From IMG/VR virus record IMGVR_UViG_3300021425_003554: a stretch of 64,000 nucleotides of DNA. One strand, written 5' to 3'. Below are positions 47,757-56,949 of the stretch, one piece after another (the stretch's first letter is position 1; each line of letters starts with the position of its first letter). This DNA is from a virus (Duplodnaviria; Caudoviricetes). A program made the position numbers and the translations under genes. Below the pieces are notes generated by a model. It was given only the letters and a program-made list of their open reading frames with translations, did not search any database and had not been told where the DNA came from.

Positions 47757-48053
47757 ATGTCTAGACCAATTGCAAGAAAAGGTGATCGAGAAGCAACACA
47801 CTGTTCAACACCTTATAGAAAAGGTGCATTTAGAAGTGTGTTTGCCAATGGTATAAGAGTGTCCGGAAACGGTCATAGGAACACAAGACATCTCTTACCG
47901 TGTAGATGTCCGCCGTGTTGTTGTCCTCATTCGGCAACCTTGAAAGCAACCACTCGATCTGTGTATGCGGAAGGTATAAGAGTTGGTAGGGTGGGTGACC
48001 CGACCTGTACTAGAGTAATACAAGGTTCGCCCAATGTATTTGTAGGATCATAG
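47757..48053 (+). CDS. PAAR-type baseplate spike tip (T4 gp5.4-like)
   Basis: IARKGD..HC, SVFANG, VGRVGD..C..GSPNVFVG. Confidence 0.85.
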   Translation: MSRPIARKGDREATHCSTPYRKGAFRSVFANGIRVSGNGHRNTRHLLPCRCPPCCCPHSATLKATTRSVYAEGIRVGRVGDPTCTRVIQGSPNVFVGS

Positions 48054-48054
48054 A

Positions 48055-49269
48055 ATGGCAGTCTTAAAAGGTTTAAAAACATTAGTTAACACATCTCCAA
48101 ATTTCTCTAATCAAGGAGTTCAAAATGGAATAACAAACTGTAACACAGGATTTATTTCCAAAACGAGAACATTGCTTTCAAAAACAGATGTCAACGAAGT
48201 TTTGACCAACTCACAAAAGAACAGCATAAAAGATGCCATAAACACAAATACGTATCTAAATGTCAAATATCTGGACGAACTAGATGCACACACTGTAAAA
48301 ATTTTAGATGGTAGCCTAGGTGAACAAGATCCAGACGACGACAGGCCAAACACAGGAACATTCTTACAACATCTAAGCGAAGTGCAAGGATTTATTTTGA
48401 CCATACCCACATTGTACGGAGTGACTGCAGATTCTATGAACAGAGGAATAAATGGACACTTTGGCTCTATAGCCGGTTACTTGGATAACACCCTAGAAAC
48501 CTTAACGAGAACAATGACTTTTATAAATCAACAAATTATGTCAACAGACACAGCATATCAGACAGCATTGCAAAACATGAGTGATTTGATAGATACATTA
48601 GAAGACAGCACAGATTTGAACGTGTCCACATTTAATTCTTTAGTTAGTTCCATCATTTCAACATCAACAAACTTTCACAACAATTTGTCGACCGGTATAT
48701 ATACTGAATATTATAATAATCTTGTGTCTGTTAAAAATACGATCGAAACACAAATTGCACTTGAAACATCCAACTTAGGATCTATTTTTACCTACAGCGA
48801 ATCATTGACCACACACAACATATATCAAAGTTTTGCTTCTGACAAAACAATAGCACAGTTGCTATCTAGGTTGAGTCAGAACGCCGATTGGAAAAAATAC
48901 TTTGACGAGTATGAAACAAATTCCAGTTACGATAATGCATTATATCACAATCCTGCATCTGATTCGTCGGCAAATGAAATAATAGAAAGTGTTATGAGAT
49001 TGAGAGGATTACCGGATGTCGTTGATTATACAGATATAAGATCAGTCACACGTAAGGCATTAAAAGATGTTAGAATCAAAAATAAGATTTCGGATTCCGG
49101 AAAAACCGCAGAACAAATCATAAATGATTCATTGAACATATTAGGACTATCTGTTCCTGGCAGTGTATATGCAAAATCAAAAGTTCTTTTGGAAAATATG
49201 AACAACAACGATATTGAGATAATAAAGAAAGAACTTGCATTGTTTCAAGACGTCAATACGCTTTCTTAA
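48055..49269 (+). CDS. helical late hypothetical protein, possibly structural
   Basis: coupled to the PAAR gene. Confidence 0.55.
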   Translation: MAVLKGLKTLVNTSPNFSNQGVQNGITNCNTGFISKTRTLLSKTDVNEVLTNSQKNSIKDAINTNTYLNVKYLDELDAHTVKILDGSLGEQDPDDDRPNTGTFLQHLSEVQGFILTIPTLYGVTADSMNRGINGHFGSIAGYLDNTLETLTRTMTFINQQIMSTDTAYQTALQNMSDLIDTLEDSTDLNVSTFNSLVSSIISTSTNFHNNLSTGIYTEYYNNLVSVKNTIETQIALETSNLGSIFTYSESLTTHNIYQSFASDKTIAQLLSRLSQNADWKKYFDEYETNSSYDNALYHNPASDSSANEIIESVMRLRGLPDVVDYTDIRSVTRKALKDVRIKNKISDSGKTAEQIINDSLNILGLSVPGSVYAKSKVLLENMNNNDIEIIKKELALFQDVNTLS

Positions 49270-49290
49270 CACCCAATAAATAAAATTGTT

Positions 49291-50169
49291 ATGTTGCTCG
49301 GACACAAAAACGATTTGGAAAATAATTCGTGGAAAGTTTTACCACATTTAAAAGATTGGTCATTAAATAAAAACAAAGACCTGTACACTCTTTACAGCAA
49401 TATCTGTCCACATCAGGGTTCTTATTTTAAAGGAACACAAGGACAAAATACCAGACTATGTCCATATCATGGTTGGTCATTCACAAGCAAAGGAGAACCT
49501 GTTGGTTCCGGTAGCACTTCACATTGGTGTAAGAATGAAGAGAATTTAGAAAATAAAGAAGTTTTTGAATGGAATGGCTATTTGTTTTCTGAAAAACACG
49601 ACTTGCCCACAATAGATTATATCAAGAGCGATCATCTTGTGTTGGAAGAAATGCGTGTAGATAATGTGAAGGCAAATTATATTGATATTGTTAATATTTT
49701 TTTAGACATGGATCATCTTCCAGTAGTTCATCCAAAAATATATGATCAACTATCTGTGGAAAAAGTTGAATGGGAGATTTTAGAAAATTCGTCAGTGCAG
49801 TATGCTCCCAACAACAAAGAAAAATTAGATAATGATTTTGGACAGACAATGCTACAAGAAGATCGAGAAAGGAAACACGGTGCCGCTTGGTTCTGTGTGT
49901 ATCCATACACAATGATGGAATACTTTCCTGGTGCTTGGTTCAACACCGTCTGTAACCCAATCAACGATAAAGAAACCAATGTGACTGTTTACAAATACAG
50001 AGACACAAGATATTCCGAAAAGAATTGGGAGTTGAACTGTCACATATGGGAAACTGCCTGGAGCCAAGATAAAACACAATCCGAATCGGTTGTACCTCAC
50101 TTTCAATCTAAATTTTTGGAAAAACAAAAAACACATTACATAAATTGGTTACGAAATAATGGATTATGA
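49291..50169 (+). CDS. Rieske non-heme iron oxygenase (compact alpha subunit)
   Basis: CPH-x16-CPYH Rieske motif and DMDHLPVVH mononuclear Fe motif. Confidence 0.88.
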   Translation: MLLGHKNDLENNSWKVLPHLKDWSLNKNKDLYTLYSNICPHQGSYFKGTQGQNTRLCPYHGWSFTSKGEPVGSGSTSHWCKNEENLENKEVFEWNGYLFSEKHDLPTIDYIKSDHLVLEEMRVDNVKANYIDIVNIFLDMDHLPVVHPKIYDQLSVEKVEWEILENSSVQYAPNNKEKLDNDFGQTMLQEDRERKHGAAWFCVYPYTMMEYFPGAWFNTVCNPINDKETNVTVYKYRDTRYSEKNWELNCHIWETAWSQDKTQSESVVPHFQSKFLEKQKTHYINWLRNNGL

Positions 50170-51076
50170 TTCTCTGCCAGGATACGGTAAAGATAATTGG
50201 ATAAAATATAAATGGAATAGAAGTTATGAAAATCCATATCCAAGCAATGATTTTGAATGTTTTTTAAGACCTCAAGGAAACAATAAAATTGTTCCTATAG
50301 ATGTCGCCACAAGAAACGCAGTATCAGACATACACGAAACTTACAATAAAAAAATCTATCTTGCCATGAGTGGGGGGATAGATAGCGAGTATGTTGCGGA
50401 CATATTGGTCAAACAAAAAATTAAATTCACACCAATAGTGGTAACTCTCAACAAAGAGAACTCGTTAGACACCTGGTGGGCATTTCGTTGGTGCAAACAA
50501 AACAACATCGAACCTCACGTGATCAACATCAATGAGGATCAGTATATTGATAATCTGATTGCTCATTCGAAAAAATATTGTAGCATAATGACAGCAGGTT
50601 CTGTCACTGTGAAATTTGTGTTGGATTATGTGAATGATCGCGATGGGATATTATTGACGGGGATGGGGTTTAATGAATTGTACATACCCGATCCTATCAT
50701 GTACGAAGAGGAATACGATGCCACACTAAAAGACAGCGAGGGAAATATGAAACACGGATACCTACAAAGTGAAGCAGATCTTGTAAAATTATTGATTGCC
50801 GATGGCAAACATCCAATGACTGTTTTAAATTGGAATCCGGAAGTGACCTTGAGTTACATAGCCGCAAGAGATCCAAGAATGACAACAGAAGAAAACAGGT
50901 TCAAGATATTTAATTGCTCTCCCAGACCAAAGATCGCTCTACCCATGGACAGAAGAATCATTGATTCAAAAAAATACAAAAATTTTACAACACTGATAAG
51001 ACACGTGGGCACAACAAAAAGTTATTATTTAGGAACAACAGAAAAATTAATTGATCTGTTGTCGAAAGGAATATAG
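50159..51076 (+). CDS. PP-loop/AsnB-C-like protein
   Basis: LAMSGGIDSE, LTGMGFNE. Confidence 0.7.
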   Translation: MDYDSLPGYGKDNWIKYKWNRSYENPYPSNDFECFLRPQGNNKIVPIDVATRNAVSDIHETYNKKIYLAMSGGIDSEYVADILVKQKIKFTPIVVTLNKENSLDTWWAFRWCKQNNIEPHVININEDQYIDNLIAHSKKYCSIMTAGSVTVKFVLDYVNDRDGILLTGMGFNELYIPDPIMYEEEYDATLKDSEGNMKHGYLQSEADLVKLLIADGKHPMTVLNWNPEVTLSYIAARDPRMTTEENRFKIFNCSPRPKIALPMDRRIIDSKKYKNFTTLIRHVGTTKSYYLGTTEKLIDLLSKGI

Positions 51077-51292
51077 ATGTACAATTGGCTGAACTGGTGG
51101 GTACCCAACGAGAGAGTGTTCAATTATGTATTTTTCCTGTTCTTGGGGTTGTATCTGTTGCCAAGCATAATGGGAATACGGTTTACAATGTTGGGATATG
51201 TTGTAAATCTAATATGGCTTGATGCCTTATACTATTGGAGTTATAAAAAAGCAGAAGAATTAAAAGATAGATTCAAGGACGACGATGAATAA
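51077..51292 (+). CDS. two-TM membrane protein
   Basis: hydrophobic pattern. Confidence 0.65.
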   Translation: MYNWLNWWVPNERVFNYVFFLFLGLYLLPSIMGIRFTMLGYVVNLIWLDALYYWSYKKAEELKDRFKDDDE

Positions 51293-51656
51293 ACATTTAG
51301 ATATATCAATCTACATAGACACTTTAAAAAAAACAAACGAGAATCCTGTTGAAATAAAGTTTAATAACAACAAAGTCACAAATTATACAATGGAATACAA
51401 TAACAAAAGAATCGTGGTCAAATTTAGTGTCCAAGAACCCACATCGATCACACAATCTATTTTAGAAGTAAAAAATGCTTATAAACAACATTATATTAAC
51501 ATCGCCGACATGACTATAAATGATTTTAGTTGTTTATCTTATTTTTCTTTGTTAACTAATGATAAAAATGAAATTATTATGAAACCCGACAACGAAATTA
51601 TCCTAAGGTGGAACAGTCCTTATTCTTACTATTTTCTCAAAAATTTTGATCTTTAA
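51285..51656 (+). CDS. hypothetical protein
   Basis: coupled ORF. Confidence 0.55.
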   Translation: MNKHLDISIYIDTLKKTNENPVEIKFNNNKVTNYTMEYNNKRIVVKFSVQEPTSITQSILEVKNAYKQHYINIADMTINDFSCLSYFSLLTNDKNEIIMKPDNEIILRWNSPYSYYFLKNFDL

Positions 51657-52674
51657 TGTAGATCAAATCACTATAAATTGCTTTTTCAAAATTAATACTT
51701 TTTAATACTTTCATTCCTTCTTGATAAATGTCAAAAACTTCTTTATCATTTTCTTTGGCATATTTTTCCATAGATGCACATTCATAATTAACATGAGTTG
51801 TGGATAAAAAGGCATTTTGTCTTTTATAAGCAATATCATCGTTATCCGGCATAACAAGTCCTAGAGATTTTTTAAACTCTTTGTGATCAAACACAGGATT
51901 GTGCCCTTGAAATTTTTGTACTTTTTCATTATCTAAATCTGCGTGTTGTTCATAAAAAGCAATGGCTTTGTGTGTTTGCCAATTGAGAATTTCAAAATCG
52001 TCCCAAAATAGATTAAAAAATTGAGGTAGATAGTATGTGCAATATTCTTGTGTATCAAAATAAATTAAATACCATTTATTATCGTCAAGGTAAAGACGAG
52101 GATGATCGTTTCCAGTTATATGAATTGTTTTGTCGTTGATTAATCTTTCTTTCTCTATTGGGTGAGTATCTAAAATATTATATCTCATATGTTTGCTAAA
52201 TCTATCTGTGATAAAAGGTTGCCTAACCCAATCTTCTTTGTGTTTTAAATAAAAACTTTTGGCAGTCTCGTATCCCACATCCAATACTGTTATTTTACTA
52301 TTGAATTTTTTATTGTAATTTTGTATATCCTTCATTACTAATCTTTTTTCTTCTTTATACAATGAATAAGGATCATATAATTTGTCATAAAAAACTAGTT
52401 CATCAAATTCAATATTATGACGATACGCACAATCTAATATTGTCTTGCTGTCTGTTCCTCCACTGTACCACAAGATCAACCTAATATCTTGTTGTTTTAA
52501 TTTTAGAAGTCTGTTTTTTATTAATTCATCTAAAGTGATGTCTGGACAATTTTTAAAATCATAATTCGTCAATGCATCTGTTTTATAATAAAATTTACAA
52601 TTAGGATCGGACTCCACAGCGATCACTTTGCTTAGATGTTTTTTTCCATTAGCCGTCCAGTAAACATCAATCAT
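51637..52674 (-). CDS. PP-loop/AsnB-C-like protein
   Basis: LWYSGGTDS, ITGNDHP. Confidence 0.7.
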   Translation of the reverse strand: MIDVYWTANGKKHLSKVIAVESDPNCKFYYKTDALTNYDFKNCPDITLDELIKNRLLKLKQQDIRLILWYSGGTDSKTILDCAYRHNIEFDELVFYDKLYDPYSLYKEEKRLVMKDIQNYNKKFNSKITVLDVGYETAKSFYLKHKEDWVRQPFITDRFSKHMRYNILDTHPIEKERLINDKTIHITGNDHPRLYLDDNKWYLIYFDTQEYCTYYLPQFFNLFWDDFEILNWQTHKAIAFYEQHADLDNEKVQKFQGHNPVFDHKEFKKSLGLVMPDNDDIAYKRQNAFLSTTHVNYECASMEKYAKENDKEVFDIYQEGMKVLKSINFEKAIYSDLIYIKDQNF

Positions 52675-52988
52675 GTAAAATCCTTTAATTTTTTATCTAA
52701 TAATTTTTGCACGATATTTTTGTTTAACTTTTTATTATGATACAGAACAACAAACCTACGATGCTGTCTGCTTAAATTCAAAGAACAATAAGATTGTCCA
52801 AATTTTGTTGTGTGCATAGAGTGTTTTTTCCAATTGGATACTATTTTATTATCAACTTCGTACACCTGAGCCTGCTCCCATTTATCTATAAAATACACAG
52901 TTCTATAGTTCATACCCTTATAGTTGATTGATGGTATTTCAAACTCCCCCGGGGCCTGATGTACTAGCTCTAATATTATTTCGCTCAT
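52671..52988 (-). CDS. hypothetical protein
   Basis: 4-nt overlaps at both ends. Confidence 0.6.
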   Translation of the reverse strand: MSEIILELVHQAPGEFEIPSINYKGMNYRTVYFIDKWEQAQVYEVDNKIVSNWKKHSMHTTKFGQSYCSLNLSRQHRRFVVLYHNKKLNKNIVQKLLDKKLKDFT

Positions 52989-53599
52989 AACTTTATAATT
53001 TTTTTCTTTTTAAATTTTTCAAACTTCTTCGTTGGGATACCTGTTATTCTCAATATCCAACGAGGTTCATTTCCGCAGTTTCCTGCTCCGTGATATACTT
53101 CCTTGCTATTATAATAAAACATATCGCCTTGTTTCCAACTATTAATAATTTTGTCTTCGATGTGCATGAACTGTCCAGGCTTTCGATCATTCAACATTAA
53201 TAACATTCTATGGTACTCTGGATTTTTAAACTCATTTGCTTTGACATATAATTCTTTTCTCTCTGCTATATCGTAATCGGGCATATGATCTATGTGTCTT
53301 AGTTGTATTTCGCCTTGTTCATATTTCATTATGATCATTTGAGTATTTTTCCAACCTAGCAATTTTCTTAGTTTCTCTAATGTTGGCATTTTAACAGGAT
53401 CTATATAACCTCGAGAATTTCTTTTTATACCAATCTTTTTGTAATCGATATTTGCTTGTCCCATTTTAAGTGACTTTTTATAATCTTTCTTTTCAAGCAC
53501 TTGTTCCAAATATTCTCTGCCAAAGTTTGCCTTATAGTATGATAATTCTTTATCAAAATTGCCACCCACTACTTGAAATTTGTGTACTTTCTTATTCAT
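52985..53599 (-). CDS. 2OG-Fe(II) oxygenase (Asp/Asn-hydroxylase-like cupin)
   Basis: RHID (HxD), WKQGD, YHGAGN..RWILRITG. Confidence 0.75.
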   Translation of the reverse strand: MNKKVHKFQVVGGNFDKELSYYKANFGREYLEQVLEKKDYKKSLKMGQANIDYKKIGIKRNSRGYIDPVKMPTLEKLRKLLGWKNTQMIIMKYEQGEIQLRHIDHMPDYDIAERKELYVKANEFKNPEYHRMLLMLNDRKPGQFMHIEDKIINSWKQGDMFYYNSKEVYHGAGNCGNEPRWILRITGIPTKKFEKFKKKKIIKL

Positions 53600-53600
53600 T

Positions 53601-54329
53601 TTAATTTTTCTCCTTTAGAATTTTATCAAATAACTCGTTTACAACAATACCTATTAATATAATAATGAAAAAGACAGCATACATGGTAGATGTTTCCATT
53701 ATGTCTTTGGCATCTGTCATGTAAGTGCCTATACCCCAATGACTGCCTATAGTGCCAAACACAACTTCTATACCTATCAATATCCTCCAACTCAAATTCC
53801 AACACGTTTTGAAATTAGCGACCAATAAAGGTTTTAAACTAGGAAGATAAACTTTTATTATACTTTCTATTACTCCCAATCTTAGATTGCCACAGTGTTT
53901 AGACCATTTTGTCAGAGATTCCTCCAAGGAAACGATCATGTTTAATCCCACCATCCAAACGGTAGCAAAGATCATTAATAAAATTATTGTTAATTCATTC
54001 ACTCCAAACACGAGCATGAAGACCGGCAACCATGCAAAAGTTGGTGTGGGTTGTAAAGATGCACAAAGGCTCTTGAAGATAAATCTAAATTGCTTATTTA
54101 AAACAGATATTATAATCACAACAAACAATAGACTCAATATCAAAAACCAAGTTTTAATTAGGAATAAAATACTGTCTGTTAAGGCACCTATAAATCTTAT
54201 ATCAGTTAATAATTGAGGATATTCGACTATCAATATATCGATGCCTGGTAAAATATAATTGTTACCTATAGACATTGATAGTAATTGCCAAACTATTAAA
54301 ATAATTACAAAACTTTTTATACTATTCAT
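53601..54329 (-). CDS. NitT/TauT-family ABC permease
   Basis: QPTPTFAWLP, SWRILIGIEVV, GIG, multiple TMs; ATGA overlap with the ATPase. Confidence 0.9.
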   Translation of the reverse strand: MNSIKSFVIILIVWQLLSMSIGNNYILPGIDILIVEYPQLLTDIRFIGALTDSILFLIKTWFLILSLLFVVIIISVLNKQFRFIFKSLCASLQPTPTFAWLPVFMLVFGVNELTIILLMIFATVWMVGLNMIVSLEESLTKWSKHCGNLRLGVIESIIKVYLPSLKPLLVANFKTCWNLSWRILIGIEVVFGTIGSHWGIGTYMTDAKDIMETSTMYAVFFIIILIGIVVNELFDKILKEKN

Positions 54330-54877
54330 TTTACTTTGATAACTTTTCCTAATTGTTTGGCTTCTGTTTGATTGTGTGTAACCCATAAAACTTTTTTGTT
54401 TGTGCTTTTAACTAATTTTTTAAATTCTCTCACTATTTCTTTTCCTGTGGCACCATCAACACCGCTCATGGGTTCGTCACATAACAATATTGATCTATCA
54501 CTATATAGAGCTCTCATCAGAGTAAACCGTTGTTTCTGACCAACTGAACACTCGTTGGGCATTTTATCCAAATGTTTTTCTAATTTTAATTTTTTAGCAA
54601 TCTTGTTCCAATTTATATCTGTAACCAGTCTTAAATTTTCCCTCACGGTCATCCAAGGAAATAGTTGTTCTGTATCTTGAAATACCCTGAAAATATTTGA
54701 ATTGTCTATGATCTTTCCTGTGTATTCACAACCTCCGGAGATACATTCGAGAAGACTAGTTTTTCCAATACCCGATGCTCCCATCAATGTGTTTACTTCG
54801 CCAGGTCGTAGATGTAGAGTTATAGGTCTAAATAACTCTACATTGTTTCTGAGAGGAGCAACAGAAATCAATTGCAT
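54326..54877 (-). CDS. NitT/TauT-family ABC ATPase (short)
   Basis: GASGIGKT, VFQD..LFPW, SVGQKQR, LLCDEP, VTHN. Confidence 0.9.
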   Translation of the reverse strand: MQLISVAPLRNNVELFRPITLHLRPGEVNTLMGASGIGKTSLLECISGGCEYTGKIIDNSNIFRVFQDTEQLFPWMTVRENLRLVTDINWNKIAKKLKLEKHLDKMPNECSVGQKQRFTLMRALYSDRSILLCDEPMSGVDGATGKEIVREFKKLVKSTNKKVLWVTHNQTEAKQLGKVIKVK

Positions 54878-55812
54878 TATTTCAACGCCTCTGCACGATA
54901 GATCATTTTTGATATGTCGCCTTTGTTATCTTTGAGATATTCTATTTCGTATAAAAAATTATTAAAATACTCTGATCCCCTTAGATCGGAATGGAATATT
55001 GCTTGATTTTTTATGTGTCCCTTTTGTAGATACTCCGCAGTTGTGTCCATTTTGTCTTTCTGAATAAATTTTTCTAAAATTGTTATAGGATCCTTGTTAT
55101 AATCACGTATAACTTCTACCGCTGTTGTTATGAAAGCATAAGCCAAATCGGGATTCTGATCAACCCAATCTTTCCTTGTCCAATAGGCATTGTATGATCC
55201 TGCTATACCTTTTTCAACATCACTTGTGGCAACTGTAACAAAACCCAGTTCGTCCTGTATCTTGTTCTGTAATGGTGCTCCGGTCATCACGCATTTCACG
55301 TCAGAAGATCCGGCCTGCAATATTTGCCATATTTGAGGTCTTTTCATGGTAATAAAATTTTCATCAAGTGCATAAGGATCTCCAAAGTGTTCTTTTGCCA
55401 ACCACCTGATTGTGTGATGTTCCAAGGTGTTTCTACCAGAAGTGACAATTTTTGTAGTTTTAACATCTTCCATTGTTTTGATGTCAGGTGTACATTGTAA
55501 GAAATACTTGTAATGCCCAATGGCAGATAGCAACAAACTTTGCTCAGGCATCTTATCATTTAAAACAATGAACGATGTGATAGACCCCACGTTGACATCT
55601 ATCTGTTTATTCATCAGTAAGGAATTGCCTTTGATGGATGATTTTGTTGGTACTGTGTTTACTGTTATGCCTCGTGCTTCTAATCTCTCGATTATTTCAT
55701 ATCCTATATGCTGATGAGCACCAAAGGTGGGTTGAATGGCCATTGTAAATTCCTTGGCCGATATTGTTGTTGTTATGATAGATATCAACAACGTCAGAAT
55801 CATTTTCTTCAT
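54877..55812 (-). CDS. NitT/TauT/NMT1-like ABC substrate-binding protein
   Basis: signal peptide; periplasmic-binding-protein size; heads the operon. Confidence 0.75.
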   Translation of the reverse strand: MKKMILTLLISIITTTISAKEFTMAIQPTFGAHQHIGYEIIERLEARGITVNTVPTKSSIKGNSLLMNKQIDVNVGSITSFIVLNDKMPEQSLLLSAIGHYKYFLQCTPDIKTMEDVKTTKIVTSGRNTLEHHTIRWLAKEHFGDPYALDENFITMKRPQIWQILQAGSSDVKCVMTGAPLQNKIQDELGFVTVATSDVEKGIAGSYNAYWTRKDWVDQNPDLAYAFITTAVEVIRDYNKDPITILEKFIQKDKMDTTAEYLQKGHIKNQAIFHSDLRGSEYFNNFLYEIEYLKDNKGDISKMIYRAEALK

Positions 55813-55850
55813 ATAATATTCTCCTAGTTTTAAGTTTAACTACTAGGTTT

Positions 55851-55880
55851 ATTATACCATACGGAAGGGCGTTCTGTCAA
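55851..55880 (-). promoter_or_regulatory. sigma70 promoter TTGACA-18-TATAAT of the ABC operon
   Basis: direct match. Confidence 0.7.
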
Positions 55881-55977
55881 ACAGTAAAGAGTAAAACTCA
55901 AGCGTCCTGTTAATTCCGACGTCACTACTGGAGTGGCGCTGTAATCGTATTTATAGATTTGATAGATGTGTTAAAAA

Positions 55978-56196
55978 CTATCTACCTAGTTTTTTTGATC
56001 TACCCAACGGTAATTTTTGTAGTTTGTAGAACTCCTCACCACTTTTGGTAGTCCATTCCACTTCCACAAATTTTGCTTTGGAACCGGACTGATAAGATTT
56101 CACTGCTCGTCTGTAACCCAGTGCTTCAACTTCTTTGACCTGTTCTTCAGCGGGTGCTGTTTTATCTGTAAAAATAAATTTTCTGTTTTTTGGCAT
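55978..56196 (-). CDS. small basic hypothetical protein, leaderless
   Basis: TTGACA-17-TAATAT at 56203-56231 ends 6 nt before the ATG. Confidence 0.7.
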   Translation of the reverse strand: MPKNRKFIFTDKTAPAEEQVKEVEALGYRRAVKSYQSGSKAKFVEVEWTTKSGEEFYKLQKLPLGRSKKLGR

Positions 56197-56270
56197 AAAC
56201 TTATATTAACATCCAAAAAAACAAGTGTCAACCTATTGACAAAATACCATTAATGTGTTTAAATACTAGC

Positions 56271-56576
56271 ATGGACGTTGATGGGTAGACAATACCTGGA
56301 CAAGACGTCGGGGCAGTACCGACCACCTCCACCACTCACTTGAAACACACACAATAGATTTGTGCTTTGAGGGGGTGAACTAGGATCGATTGACAGTTAA
56401 AACTATCTGGAGTTCATCGTGATTATTCCGACGTAATCGGGTTATTTTATAAATGCTAATAAAAAAGCATTGGGATTTGCTGACCTAACAGTTGGTCAAT
56501 CTCAACTAAGATTAGCGGCTTAATAGCCAACAATCTTGCGGGTTTGGGGACACCTGGGAACAGAAGTTCCCCCAAC
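56271..56576 (+). ncRNA. ssrA: circularly permuted (two-piece) tmRNA
   Basis: T-arm plus CACCTCC-ACCA at 56305-56334 precedes 5' GGGGGTG at 56371; 7-bp acceptor stem with G3.U70; tag ORF 56455-56523 ends LAA*; outer ends approximate. Confidence 0.95.
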
Positions 56577-56658
56577 ATAATACGATCGTATAACTTATAA
56601 TGTCGTATATTCATTTGTCATCCTAACCTTAAATATTTCATATTAAACAGGGGTGTGA

Positions 56659-56949
56659 ATGAAAAAACGTAGACTACCAAAGCACAAACAGGTTTGGATG
56701 AAAATAAGGAAAAAGGCTCCCAAAGTTCCCGACATAACCTGCCCGGTCATTGATGATGTGATTGACAAGATAACCAAAATCAAAGAACTGGAAAAAATAA
56801 TATCTCCCGCTCAATTAAAAACATTGAAAAAGAAAATGGAAAGACTACGAACAATGAACGAGCAATTGAGAGAAAGCGGACAGTACTGGCATGACGAATG
56901 TCAAAAATTAGTGGACGACGTTTTCAAACACGGAAAATATAAATTTTAA
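56659..56949 (+). CDS. basic coiled-coil hypothetical protein
   Basis: plausible ORF after the tmRNA. Confidence 0.65.
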   Translation: MKKRRLPKHKQVWMKIRKKAPKVPDITCPVIDDVIDKITKIKELEKIISPAQLKTLKKKMERLRTMNEQLRESGQYWHDECQKLVDDVFKHGKYKF

